Assembly: GCA_964276515.1 (NCBI GenBank)
Contig: OZ193909.1
Location: forward strand, 17,608,001 to 17,672,000
DNA from: Gordius albopunctatus
Lineage: Eukaryota
Reading direction: 5' to 3'
DNA length: 64,000 nt
Positions 33,357 to 45,500 of this stretch are shown piece after piece. Below the pieces are notes generated by a model, which made no database searches, was not told the DNA's origin, and saw only the letters and a program-made list of their open reading frames with translations. The first letter of the stretch is position 1, and every line of letters begins with the position of its first letter. A program made the translations under genes and the position numbers.

Positions 33357-34162
33357 ATGCACCATACTGTAATCGCTTTTTACACTATCTACTTCTTTTC
33401 AAAAGCTTATTTAAAAAATACAAATTTATATTATACAACAAATATTACACAATGCCTAATAGCAATGAATAGCGGCCTAAAAGTAAGTAGAATAACTAAA
33501 ATTAAAAGTAATATGGTTTAGAATATGTCAGCGTCTGAAAAATTGCGCCTGCTAAATATTCCTATAACAGGTTTATTTTTGTTTTTCGAATGTTTAAAAT
33601 AATAAGCATTTCCTAACTCCTAAGATAATAAACTTTAAGATAAATTCGTATTTTTGAGAACTCATGAATTTTAGTTTGTGTAAATATTGTAGGTACTTCG
33701 CCACGAATAGTTTTTATTAACATAGTCTCTCCAACGTCCCCTTCGTTTGAACTTTGTCAAGATAGACTTAATGTCTCATTGTTACTCAAATCCACGAGAT
33801 TTTGGGTTACCTTTAATAGATTGCGCAATTTGATCGCTCGCAATATACGAATATACACAGATGATAGCATTTTTTCTAAACATAAATTACATCAAGCCTG
33901 TAACTATAACGGCGGAGTTCTAGGATGCCCATCGTGCTTTGCAACTCTATCTTATTCCAAAACTTTTATGGTTAAATTTAAAATATTGACTGTTGGTTAT
34001 TATTAGATGTTAGAGTTCATAACTATGTATCGTCATTTTAATATATACAAAATGAAATCCAATTTGGTATCCCTAGTGCTGCGAGAAAATGAAATTAAAT
34101 TATGCGGTCCGTTTGTAAATAACTTATTTGTCTTCTTAGCAAAGCCAACTCAAAAGTCAGGT

Positions 34163-34217
<55 letters not shown>

Positions 34218-37200
34218 TTAAAAAGTTTATTTTCAAGAAACAAAGTTACATTAATAAGCGAAATACAAAAATAAAGACATATTGGTTAAATACAAAGATT
34301 TATATCATTCTCTTCTAAAATGGGCCATGAGTCGGCAAATGATTTAAAGTTGTATCGTGCAACAAGAATCCCTAGTTGTTGCCTGAGTAAAAAGGACGCA
34401 GAAATTTTAGATTTCGGGGTGCGTTTTCCGATTTCTTTAAAAAACCCCATTGCCTGTTTTCCAAAGGAACCAGAGCACGTGGCAACGACAGGGATAAAAA
34501 TATTGGATGCCAAAAGGGCGGAATACTTTGTAGTTTTACGTCCTTCTTCTGTAGCGATAGGGTCGTAATTAAAATGGGAAGGTGCAAAAAGGTCAATACA
34601 AGTAAAATCCCATTTGAGGGATAGGCCATTTTGCCAGGGGACTAGAGAAGAGCCGTCAGGGCGCATCCTACCTTCAAGAGAGGGATCTGACGGCTCAAGG
34701 ATTGAGGGGATTTTGGCCTTTTTAAGGGCAGCTTGAATTAATAAATTAGCTTTAGTGTGCCTAACGTATTTATATTTGTTTGCTAGGCAGTGTAGAGGGT
34801 GCCTAGCATATTCGTCTACAACGGTAAAGCAGTTTTGACAGTTGAATTCTCTGCTGTAACTAATCCCCAACCTTAAAGCTATGGAATATGATAGCTCAAA
34901 GTCTTCAAGCAGCATTCCCAAAAGTTTGCTGGGATAGGCTTCAAGCCACTCGTGACCGGAACCGTCAAAAGCGAGGGACCTAAGGTTGTAATGCTGGCTA
35001 TCATCGCTGCTCGATAAGAGGTAATCAACGGAGCGCGATACTAGTCCAGAATCCCAATCCTTTTGTCTCGTACTTTGAGGTTGGATGGTCTCGGGTGTGA
35101 CATTCAAATTCCAAAGCTCCAAGGCTTGAGTTAGCAGGGGGTCGGAATCATGTTTTATGAGATTAAAAATTAAGTTTTGGACCGACTTAAAAGAGGAAAT
35201 AAAAGCGGCTAGCGATATGCTGCCGGGAGGGCGAATTCCTAATCCTCCAGATTTGGTTGGGAGGGATGCTTGAATCCAATTGTAAGTCAGGTAATTTTGT
35301 CCTTTACGTATAATTATAGATAAGTTCTTTTTTATTTTGCCTACTATAACACAATAAAACTAACATTCAGTATTATTTAAGATGTCTTAAACATTAGAAA
35401 ATGAAGGATATACTTTCATAAAAATGATTAATTAATCGTTCTCAAAGCGTCTTCATAAAGGATGAAAGATTATAAGCATTCAACTGTTTATTGTTTTTTG
35501 TATTAATACGCTACAGATGAAAGTCAATTTGCTAATTTTGGAACTGAAAACGTTTTACAATTTCACGAGTTAAAAGTCGATAGTTCACGAACCAAGCGTA
35601 ATACTCACAACGTTACCTCAAATGTTACTTCAACTAGCGCCCCAACAGCATCTCCCAGCGGTTACTACCAATTAGATTTAGCGATATATTTGGATGTTTA
35701 TGGATTTATGGGTTATCATTTGATGGGAGATAGAGAGAAGGCATTGGAATACATCATGATTACAATGAGCATGGTCGGCGCAGCTTACCATCACCCGAGC
35801 CTCGGTCTCAAAATTACCTTAAGCATTACCCGTATATATTTGATGTCAAAGTGGCCACCTGAATTGCCTGGGAGTCAGGAAACACAGGGGGGATACATGA
35901 CAAAGTTTTGCTTCTATCAAGGTCAACGAAAACTCAACAGAACTTCTAATTCACGAATGTGGGATATTGCTGTCCTTTACACTGGGTAGTTAACATTCAG
36001 TTATATCATCAAAGGGATTTGTAATTGTTGCTATAGGTTAATAATATTTTGAATTTTTCTTATATATGTCGTTTAATTAAATGTATTTACATCAATGAAA
36101 TCCATCATGAGCATAGGTGGATCTAATAAATTCATCGTACAGTATAGATTTAGTAAGATACCCAACATTATCCTATTCACAATATTGTAATGTTTGTACA
36201 GGACCATAACATAATAAAACTACTTTTTCTAAAAATATATTAGGATGGGAGGAAGATATGTTCAATAATATATATCGTTAGAACCTTATGATTTCAAACG
36301 ATTGCCTATTTATCATTATGTGGACGGTGATCGCATTTATTAAAAAAATATACGATGATTGTTATTGGAAATGATTAAAAAAGTTTAGATCTATGGAGTG
36401 AAAACACGTCTTGGGTAGGTGGAGTAGCCTTTATAGATGGAGTGTGCTCCTTTCTACGCTCGTGCGCTTTGGTCGAAGCATCTCCACGCTTAGGGTACGA
36501 TGTTATGTACCCGGTTTCTCACGAGATTGCCCATAAGTATATTTTTATTTTATTTGTTCATAGCAATTTTAATATTAAAAATTTTAATGGCTGTTTATAC
36601 ATATTCCGAAATTATTATAATTCTTGACAAAAAACGAATATTATCGAATTACGTTTTTAGGGAGATCTCTAAATATTTAAACAATATATCTTACTATTAT
36701 CGTCATTGGCGTTATAAATTCGCATTCCAAAACATTTAAATTGCTTTAGTAATTTATGGTTTAATCTTTGGTTAATATATTTCTATCTTGCATTCAAGTC
36801 TGGGATTGTTGCATGATAATGAAATTGCAAATCGAACCGACTGTGTCAGCGCAAATTATATCATGAACCCCAGCGATGGTCGTCGACTATATTGGTCACC
36901 GTGTAGTAGGGAAGCTATGAGCAAGGCTGTCGCAAAAAGCCGTTGCCTTCATAAAAGCGAGCATTCGCACGGCAAAATGGAATTAAAGCCTATCTATAAC
37001 GCCTCTTCTACGCCTCATCCAGGAATCAACATATCCATGGATGAACAGTGTCAACTCCAATACGGTTTTGGATCTTACAGCAAATTTGAATTTAGTCCAG
37101 ATTCTTATAATAAATCTTGTTATAACCTCTATTGCCATTGGCATCCCAATGATCCTTACCATAGCCACATTGTATCTGGGGGTGTAGCATTAGACGGAAC

Positions 37201-39049
37201 TTATTGTGGCAATCGAATGTGGTGTATAGATCAAATTTGCACACCCATTCCATCTAACTTTAACTTTCCAGCTCCAATCAATGGCGGGTGGTCGGCGTGG
37301 ATGCTATACCAACGCTGCCAGCAATCCTGCTACGTTGGGGCACGTCCTAGTGAATTGTGGATTAAAACTTGTACTAACCCCGTACCAAAATTTGGTGGTA
37401 AACACTGTTTAGGTGGCGAAAAGATTCCTATTATTTTCGTGCGAACGTTTTGCCTAGTGACGAAACCACTAGTAATTGTTTATGAATTATAAAAATACAT
37501 CTTAAGCCTGAAAATATATTCTAAATTTGAAATGGACAGGATTTGATCAATAGGTTTATAGCTTGGGCCTAATTAAACAGATCAACAAATTTTGCTTATA
37601 ACATAGACCGGAAATATAGTTATCAATAGTTATTTGTTGTAATTTTTTAACTTTTTTTATCTTAAATATGTTGAAGGTCGATTTAAGCCCTTTTACCGTG
37701 TACCATAACTATAATACAAATTGCGAATATTAGAGCAATTTTTTATTTTAATTTAAATATGTGTTTTAAATAGCAATACACTTATAAAAGTCAATATCAT
37801 GGGCGTAGCCAGCATTGGAATTAGAGAGGGGGGGCGGCAATATTTATTTAGGGAGGGGCAAAATGATTTTGTTGTCATAATTTTAACAATTTCAATAAAT
37901 TTTTTGTTTAGACAGGGACAACCGCCCGTCCCTGCACCCCCCCCCCTCTTGGCTACGCCCATGGTCAATATTCCTAAAAAATTTTAATTATTTTCCAACA
38001 CATTTTTCTAACAGCCTTGTTCAAAAGTTTTGACTCTCGAGGATTTTTTACCAAACTTTTGTCCCGAAACTAGGATAAAACGTCCATACTTGACGAACCA
38101 GCGGGTTTATAATTTAGACAAGTGTTACATGCATTGTGCCGAAAATAAAAGTGCCCAATGGACAGGCAAAAAAACGGGATGGACAGAAATACTTCCCATG
38201 GGTACTCCATGTGGCCCCTTTAATACAGGCTTTTGCCAATATAGAGAATGCCTACCAAATTTAACGGATTCTAACGAATTACAGCCAAAAGTTCCTAACG
38301 CTGAGAAAATATATTTTAAGCCGGGTTTCACTTACAAACCCAATTACCCTTTCGATAGTCATCCACCAATCTACTACAACGAAAGTTCCGGTAAGAAATA
38401 TTCTTGGATATTTTTGACTTGATTTAATTAATGCTACAAACCACCATACTATAATATTATATTACTTTGTATAAAAAATGTTGTATTTTATGGTTAATTT
38501 GCATATATTGTGAGGTATGTTATGCCGAACATAATAGACTATGATTAAGATAAAATATAGGGTAATATCAAAGCCTAGTGGAATTATAACTAATTTTAAA
38601 AAAATTGTGCGCTCGCTTATATGTCAAATATTGCTTCTTATTAACTATATTTTTTATTATTTTTCTACAATATGCATCATCTTATAGATTATGACCCAAT
38701 TGGCAGAGGCAATCCTTCTGAAAATGACACAAAAGAAATATACGAAGAGGGTATTAAGGAACACAAATTAACTACAATGTACATAATTGTAGGCTCCATT
38801 ATCATAATATCCATGTTAACCATTATTTTGGGACACTTTTTATGGAAAAAGAGGCAAAACGATTGTCGTGCAGGACTGTACGATGAAAGTGGAAAGTGGT
38901 GGAGATTCTCTCAAAATTATCGCCCTCAAAGTCAAGTCGAAGAACCAGCTAACACAGAATCAAATCCTGATTATTCTTTGTATGCCGAAGAGCAGCTTTC
39001 TGTAGAAGACGATAGTCATTATGGCACATACGTTGAAACTGTCCAATAA
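33357..39049 (+). CDS. ADAMTS-like M12B zinc metalloprotease with TSP1 repeat and C-terminal transmembrane helix (paralogue 2)
   Basis: Exons 33357-33482, 33522-33570, 33693-33970, 34007-34160, 35517-35985, 36384-36536, 36799-37471, 38015-38390, 38688-39049. GCPSC, furin-type RTKR, HEIAHNLGLLHD, Met-turn NYIM, MDEQC..CGNRMWCIDQIC, TSP1 INGGWSAW..KTCTNPVPKFGGKHC, GTPC..CQYREC, TM MYIIVGSIIIISMLTIILGHFLW followed by KKR. Intron positions and phases match paralogue 1. Confidence 0.88.
34169..35283 (-). mobile_element. 5'-truncated CRE-clade non-LTR retrotransposon (restriction-like endonuclease type)
   Basis: Poly(A) tail (52-T run 34165-34216) with AATAAA just upstream; 15-bp TSD aagtcaggtaatttt at 34154-34168 and 35284-35298; unbroken frame from the truncation point with LPTKSGGLGIR, WLEAYP, ALRLG, zinc knuckle CQNC..HPLHC, RH..N, RPDG..WDFTC..E..KTTKY, FIPVV..SGSFG. 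Confidence 0.9.
37798..37963. mobile_element. Short hAT-type MITE with G-run/C-run core; best-preserved member of the commonest repeat in the window
   Basis: TIR CATGGGCGTAGCCA...TGGCTACGCCCATG, perfect 8-bp TSD gtcaatat. Relatives at ~2344-2537, 5611-5730, 6633-6779, 46603-46650, 56753-56848, 57681-57831, 58890-58950, 62780-62820. Confidence 0.88.
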
Positions 39050-40756
39050 TTGAATATATATTAAATTAGATTCCCCACATGGCTTATGACAAGCCTTAAA
39101 AATGATAATGATCTACGAAATCTATTCTGTTACGAAACAATCTCTCAATGTTTATCAATAAATGCAAACCCAAATGATAGAAACCACGTTTAAACTTTAA
39201 ATTATAGCTTTCATATTTAATAGGAATGTTTTATGAATATAAAATTTATTTCAATGTAAATAGCAAACAAAATTTAAGCGACCAATAAACGGAAACTAAC
39301 ATATTTCTATCATCCGGTATTAAATAAGTTTTTTATTAGTTATTAGTTCAAAAAGTATAAAAGGTTTTAATTTATATATATATTATTTGATGACGGCCAA
39401 TATGAAGAAGCGCTAACTATATATAGAGCACTAAAAACAAGTTAAAGTCGGGTAAAAGGACTTTTATCAGATTATACGTCATATTTGACCCTAAAAATAT
39501 TATCACAGGATCATTAGTTTTTGATCCCAATTTTGTTATTTCATTGTAAAAAATTTACAGCATAATTTTAGGATCTATTCCATTTTAATAAAACCGTTAT
39601 TATTCCACATACAATTTGGACTTTAATATATGTTTTATATATAATAAAGCCCTAATTAGTAGGAATCTTATTATACATTTTTATTATAAAAATTGTTAAA
39701 ATACATAGACGAATTATGGATTTGAAACTGAGCTTTATGCTTTTAAATCAACTCTTATTTATATAAAAAACTTAATAACTTTTAAATTAAAAAGTTCTTT
39801 ATGCGAAATTAGTATAAATTATTTAATTCTAAACAACGACGCACAATTTTAAAATAGATTTATTTGGAAAGTGATAAATTTATTTAGTCTTGGGGATTTT
39901 GATCTTCAAACAACACATAAAAGCGTGAGTCCTATATTTAGTGATTAATAAGACCAATTTATTTTTATAAATAAAAATATTACAAAAATATTCTCAAAAA
40001 TAGTTTTGTGCCACCAATCAATGTAATATTTAAAGGTCATGTTATAAGGCACGTGGAAAATTATTAACATACGGCTTCCATTCGTCTTGATAAACTGTTG
40101 CTGCTTAATTTAATTTTAATTATTTGACCTTTTATAAATATCTGGTCTTTCTATAAGTAAAACAAGTAAATAAATTAACTGGCTCCAACCAAAATCTATT
40201 TCCGCATATTATAGAAAATACAAAATTTGATATTTGTACTCGCAGTAATTTCATTTGGGCACCATTTAATCTCATGCCACGAAAGGCCTGCTAATTATGT
40301 ATAAAATAATAGTGCTAACGGTAATATAGGGAGCGCATGCATTGATATTTTATTTAAAAAAATTTAAAATATGACCAAAATATGTGTGTGAGTGTATAGG
40401 AAATCAGCAAGAAAGTCCTTTTAAAAATAAAAATATATTTTCTGGCCGTCGAAAGCTATTAAAATTTTTAATAAAACTATCAAATACTACACATATACCA
40501 CAAAAAGAATATTTTGGATTATTTTAATTAAATCATTTTTAAATTAAATTTGTTTGATTATTTTAAAGCAAGGTCAATATAATTTATACAGCAGACGACT
40601 CTTTAAGTTATTTGAATAGCTTTGAAAACGGATGCTAGATATTAAAACTCCAATTATAGACACTATATATCCTCTTAATCCCATGAAAATTATCGCTGGA
40701 GTGCTTACTGGCTATTTTTGAAAGCTACACTATATCCTATAGATATTAAGAGATAT

Positions 40757-42360
40757 TAAGTAAGTAAGTAAGTTTGCCGCGAAGACGCCCAAGAGCTTAG
40801 TTAGTGCAATCTAAGGTTGAGCCCCTTCTAACGCCAAATGGCGCATCAGGCCACGTCAGTGATAACGTGTGTAAGTATGCTGTAAAAAAATGATTAACAT
40901 GCAGTGTAATTATGACATGTAAATATGTAATACCTGTTAACTTGAAAGTAATGTAAAGCCTTTAATGCTAGGTCGTAAATGAATAGTGCGTGAGGAGATC
41001 CTTACTGGGGGAGCCGCAATAATTTGTTCTTTGAGAAGTCTTTCCAACGTTTTCTGTCTTGCATGATGGGCAGCAATGAATTCCAATCATGACCTATTGT
41101 TTGGACATCGCGGAACACCTTGTAAAGCCAGCTGCCATTGCATTTGCGACCTTTTAGCTGAGGTGGACACCAGAACAGGGAAGATAGACAGTAGTTGGTT
41201 CCTTTCCTCCGCACTTGATGTGCCAAAAAACCCCATTTTCTCGCGAGTAGAATATTTTTAATTGGAGCGATTTTGCAACGCACCCATAGATCCTCGTTGG
41301 TTATTCTCAACGGATAAAATATCCGGCAAACGATAGGTAGCATTTTATTAAGACTGACTTGCAGCTTCTTTAAACTAGGAGCCTTCAGCGACCAAGATTC
41401 GCAACCGTATAGGAGGATTGGTAGGATCGTGACTTTGTAAATCCTCAAACGCGTCTGGAGCGTCAGTTGACGTGAGCGCCATATCACCGAGCAAGAGTAG
41501 AATTTGACCATGGTCCGACGGAGCTTCGATTCGGCATCCGCTTCGGCGTAGGTATCTGGAGTAAGCTCCACTCCCAAATATCGGACTTTTTGAGATGCAT
41601 TTATTACGATGTTGTTGATTACCAGAGTAAAGTTCGAGGGATCGTTTATGCAGATCATTGAGCATTTATCGGGGTTTATAAGCAGTCCTGCTTGCTTGGC
41701 TTGGATGCTGAACCTGTCTAACATTAGTTGTGCTTTGGAGATAGAAGGGGCCACTAGACAAATGTCGTTTGCGAACAACAGGGATGATAGAGTAGTGCCG
41801 TTTAGTTTGATACCATCTGTCGGAAGTGTGGATCTCTTCATTATTAGATCCATCGCAATTATAAAGAGGAGAGGGGACAGCGGACAGCCTTGCCTGACAC
41901 CAGGTGTTACTGGTAAGGGTTCCGATTTGTGGTGGAGGTGGAAGATAACTAGTTTCATGTTTTCGTAGAGTAGAAAGATCATGAGAATTATTTTCTTAGG
42001 CAAGCCTAAGAGGCATAGCGCTTCCCAAATGTATAGATGGCACAGCGAATCAAAAGCTTTAGCGATGTCTAAAAACACAAGAACCAGAAGAGAACCGCTT
42101 GTCCGTGATAAATCCATTATGTTCCTTAAAGTTATTATGTGCTCTGTCGTCGTACGGCACTTCCTAAAACCAGTTTGATTGTTTTTAATTATTTCATCCA
42201 CCTCGCTGCAAATTCGATTGTAAATAACCTTGATGAATATTTTTGATTCAAGGTTAATGATAGTCACGCCCCGGTAGTTGTTGGGATTGGATGGATCACC
42301 TTTTTTGAAAAGTTTGATCAAGTGACCTATTGTCCAGGAGTCCGGTATTACCTCTTTCGT
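40757..42360 (-). mobile_element. 5'-truncated RTE-like LINE, RT ORF 41002-42321, catalytically mutated
   Basis: KKGD..NYRGV, QTGFR, DIAKAFDSL, GVRQGCPLSP, FAND in place of (Y/F)ADD, YLG, LLYGCESW, DRKRWK; 3' tail of short (CTTA)n repeats near 40757-40772. No TSD found. Confidence 0.88.
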
Positions 42361-42527
42361 AGTTCTTTTCGATTTACACCAGCACGTTACTAACTCGCCG
42401 TGACGTTAATAAGGTGACGCTTTGCGTCATAAGGAATAATTTAAAAGGCAATCAGAGGGATGCAAATCAAATATTTACACTGTGATCCAACTTGACATTT
42501 TAATCATCAATTCCTATTTTTGCTTCC

Positions 42528-45500
42528 ATGGAAAAATTATTATTCTACAGGATTACAACGGCATTATTTTATGGAATTTGTTCATTTCTTATTGTAGTTA
42601 TAAATAAGATTGTTTTAACAAGTTTTAAGTAAGGTTACTCATTTTGTCTGAATGCTTATTTTTTAGATTTCCCTCATATCAATTTTTGGCAATTGGACAA
42701 GTAAAATATTGCACTAAATGTCATAAATTGTTTGTCACTTGATTCAAATATTAGATGGTTGCCACATTATTAATATTGGGTATGGCTAGAATATTTGGAT
42801 TTTTAAAGTTTCCTATGGATATAAAAGATATTTTTATCAAGGTAAATTTAAATTAATGATGGATAACAATCTGCACTTAGTTATAGTAATTGTCTGTACA
42901 AGCTTGGTTAATATTAAAGTTAATTGTTTATTGAATAATTCTAAAGCAAAATTTTATGTTTGTTTATAAATCCTGATATTTTAATGATATATTTTAATGC
43001 AATATTTCTAATGATAATTTTTCTGTTTTTACAGATATTTCCTTTACCTTTAATATTTCTTGGAAATTTGGTAACTGGGTTAGGTGGCACTAAAAAACTT
43101 AAGTATTAATAATAAGTAAATAACCAATCATAAAATTTAGTTTACCAATGTTTACAGTATTGAGGAGATTTTCAATTCTATTCACCATGATACTGGAATA
43201 TATAATTTTAAAGTAATTTTCCTAACATTTGTAAATTATATATTTTTATATATTACTTTTTAATTTAATACATTTAAATAGAATTAAACCATCAAGAGGT
43301 GTTCAAATTTCTGTTTTTACTATGATTTTTGGTGCTATAATTGCTGCAAGGTAATTAAATATTTACTTAATAGAACATATTTAATTTTTGTTGGCATGGG
43401 AGTATTGTGCAAATAATTAAAATTTTGCTTATCTTTATAGAATATGACTTTGCTCATTATACTTTAGTACTTCTGAATTTAGTTAATGTCAACTAAATAT
43501 TTAGCATGAAAATATAAATTAGTTTAAAATTTAATTAAATTACACTGATAAATACTACTAAGAGTTTAATTTTTAAAATTTTATAGCTTTTACCAAATTT
43601 TTTATCATATTACAATGTGGGGTAGTGAAATAAAAAATATCATTTAACTCCTATAAGTATTAGATTACCGATTAAAACTTGTATTATTTATAAATTAAAT
43701 TGCTTTATTCAAAAATGTTAATATTTTTAACTGCATTGATAGTGATGACCTAGCCTTTGATATCATGGGTTACCTTTTTATCTTTGGAAACGATATATTT
43801 ACAGCCCTCAATGGAGTTTTTGTGAAAAAGAAGTTAGAAAATAAGGTAAAACATTTGATACTCATTTTAAATAATTTGTTTGTGTGTGATTTCTCAAGGA
43901 TGTTGGCAAATATGCTCTCGTATTTTACAATGCATTTTTCATGCTGCCTTTTGCCCTCCTATTATCATCGTTTACTGGCGAATTTAATCAGGTATATTTG
44001 ACTCTATAAAATTTTTTTATTTTTATGAAAACCATTTTAGAAGATTTTTATCTTATTAAAATTCAACAATACCTCTAATAATATCCTGTAAAAAGCTTAC
44101 CCTCTTGAGTACTTCTGAAAATCATAATCCTAAGCAGACTTGTGGAGTTCATCGAACCACATACTTAAAATGATCATAACTTTAAGACAAATTAAGGAAC
44201 CATACCATTCCCAATAAATCATTTAATTATAACTAGTGATTTAAAAATTATATGCAAAACCAAAAGATTAATTTTAAAATTCTAAATGGTATGTTTTATT
44301 TTTGTCAACAAGGACACCATACAGCTATTAAAATTTTAAAAAAGGATTTTTAATAAAAGAAAAAACAGGCTTCCACAATAAAATGGGTTTACAAAATTAT
44401 TAGAAGAATCTAAAAATGGTAGTTTTTTATGTTTAGGCTTGTTACTAACTTTAAAAGGAGCCTCTGCCTGAGAGCCTGCTGAATATAATTCCAATTTATA
44501 AGTATAAAAAGTTTTTGCATGCGTAAGACAATATATTTAGAGGCCACATTTGTTAGGATTGTTTGAAATATATTCCCTAAACTCCGCAAGAGTATCAACG
44601 TCTATAAAATATACAAAAATAAGTAGCGATATTGATTTCGAATGCTACATACAGGCTTGAATTGCTATTTTTTATATAAAAAGAAGAAAAAATAAGGAAA
44701 AAATAAAAAAGAAACTTTTTCAAGTGAACCTAAACGCGTATAACTTTATGGGGCGAAACCCATTACATTTTTGCGAAATTATTAAAGCCAAAGTTTAAAT
44801 CTACAACTGTTTAAGTGATTTAAATAAATACTTTCGTGGGACCTCACTCCAAAAGTACTCTCGTCTCGAGGGTTAAACGCGTAAAAATACAGACGATTTT
44901 AAGAGGCCGCCACGTGATTCAATTTTACCACGAAGTATACACAGACGCGCTCCCTTGCTATATACAATAGCAACATTAGTTGTTTTTTGAAACTATCAAA
45001 TGCGATTTTTCTCAAACCTTCCATCTTGTTTACATTTTGGTTATATTAAAGCGATATAATTGTTGTTGAAGGAAAATATTAAACTTGGGAAACGTATTTT
45101 AACCCTCCGTTGGTCAGGTCAAAATCCTAACACGGATGGTAAAGGGGGTCATGATGACCCCAAACTTTAAATAGCTTTAACTTTGTTGTATTACGATATA
45201 AACTTTTAAAACTTTATAAGCATAATACCATAACTCTTAGTTACATTTTTAAAATTGCAATTAGTACAACCCTCTAAATTTCCCCCTATGTCACTATATT
45301 TATGCATAACAATTTTTTACCCCCAATTTCATAATTTAATTTATAAGATCATATAAAATAAGGTTGGAACTATAAATATAGAAAATTTGGCATAAAAAAC
45401 CTAAAAACAAAAATAATAATTTTCTTAATTTTTTGGACTTCAATTCAATTTTTTTGAATAGAAATACATCATAGAAAATTATAATTAAGCATAGAAAAAA

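Noticed and set aside
34007..34318. ORF with a poly-Phe run
   Set aside because: A real ADAMTS-like exon read past its donor into the retrotransposon poly(T).
44100..44876. Second piggyBac-like element (ccctcttgagtac ... gtactctcgtctcgaggg|ttaa)
   Set aside because: Left TTAA is missing and the TIR match is short and gapped.
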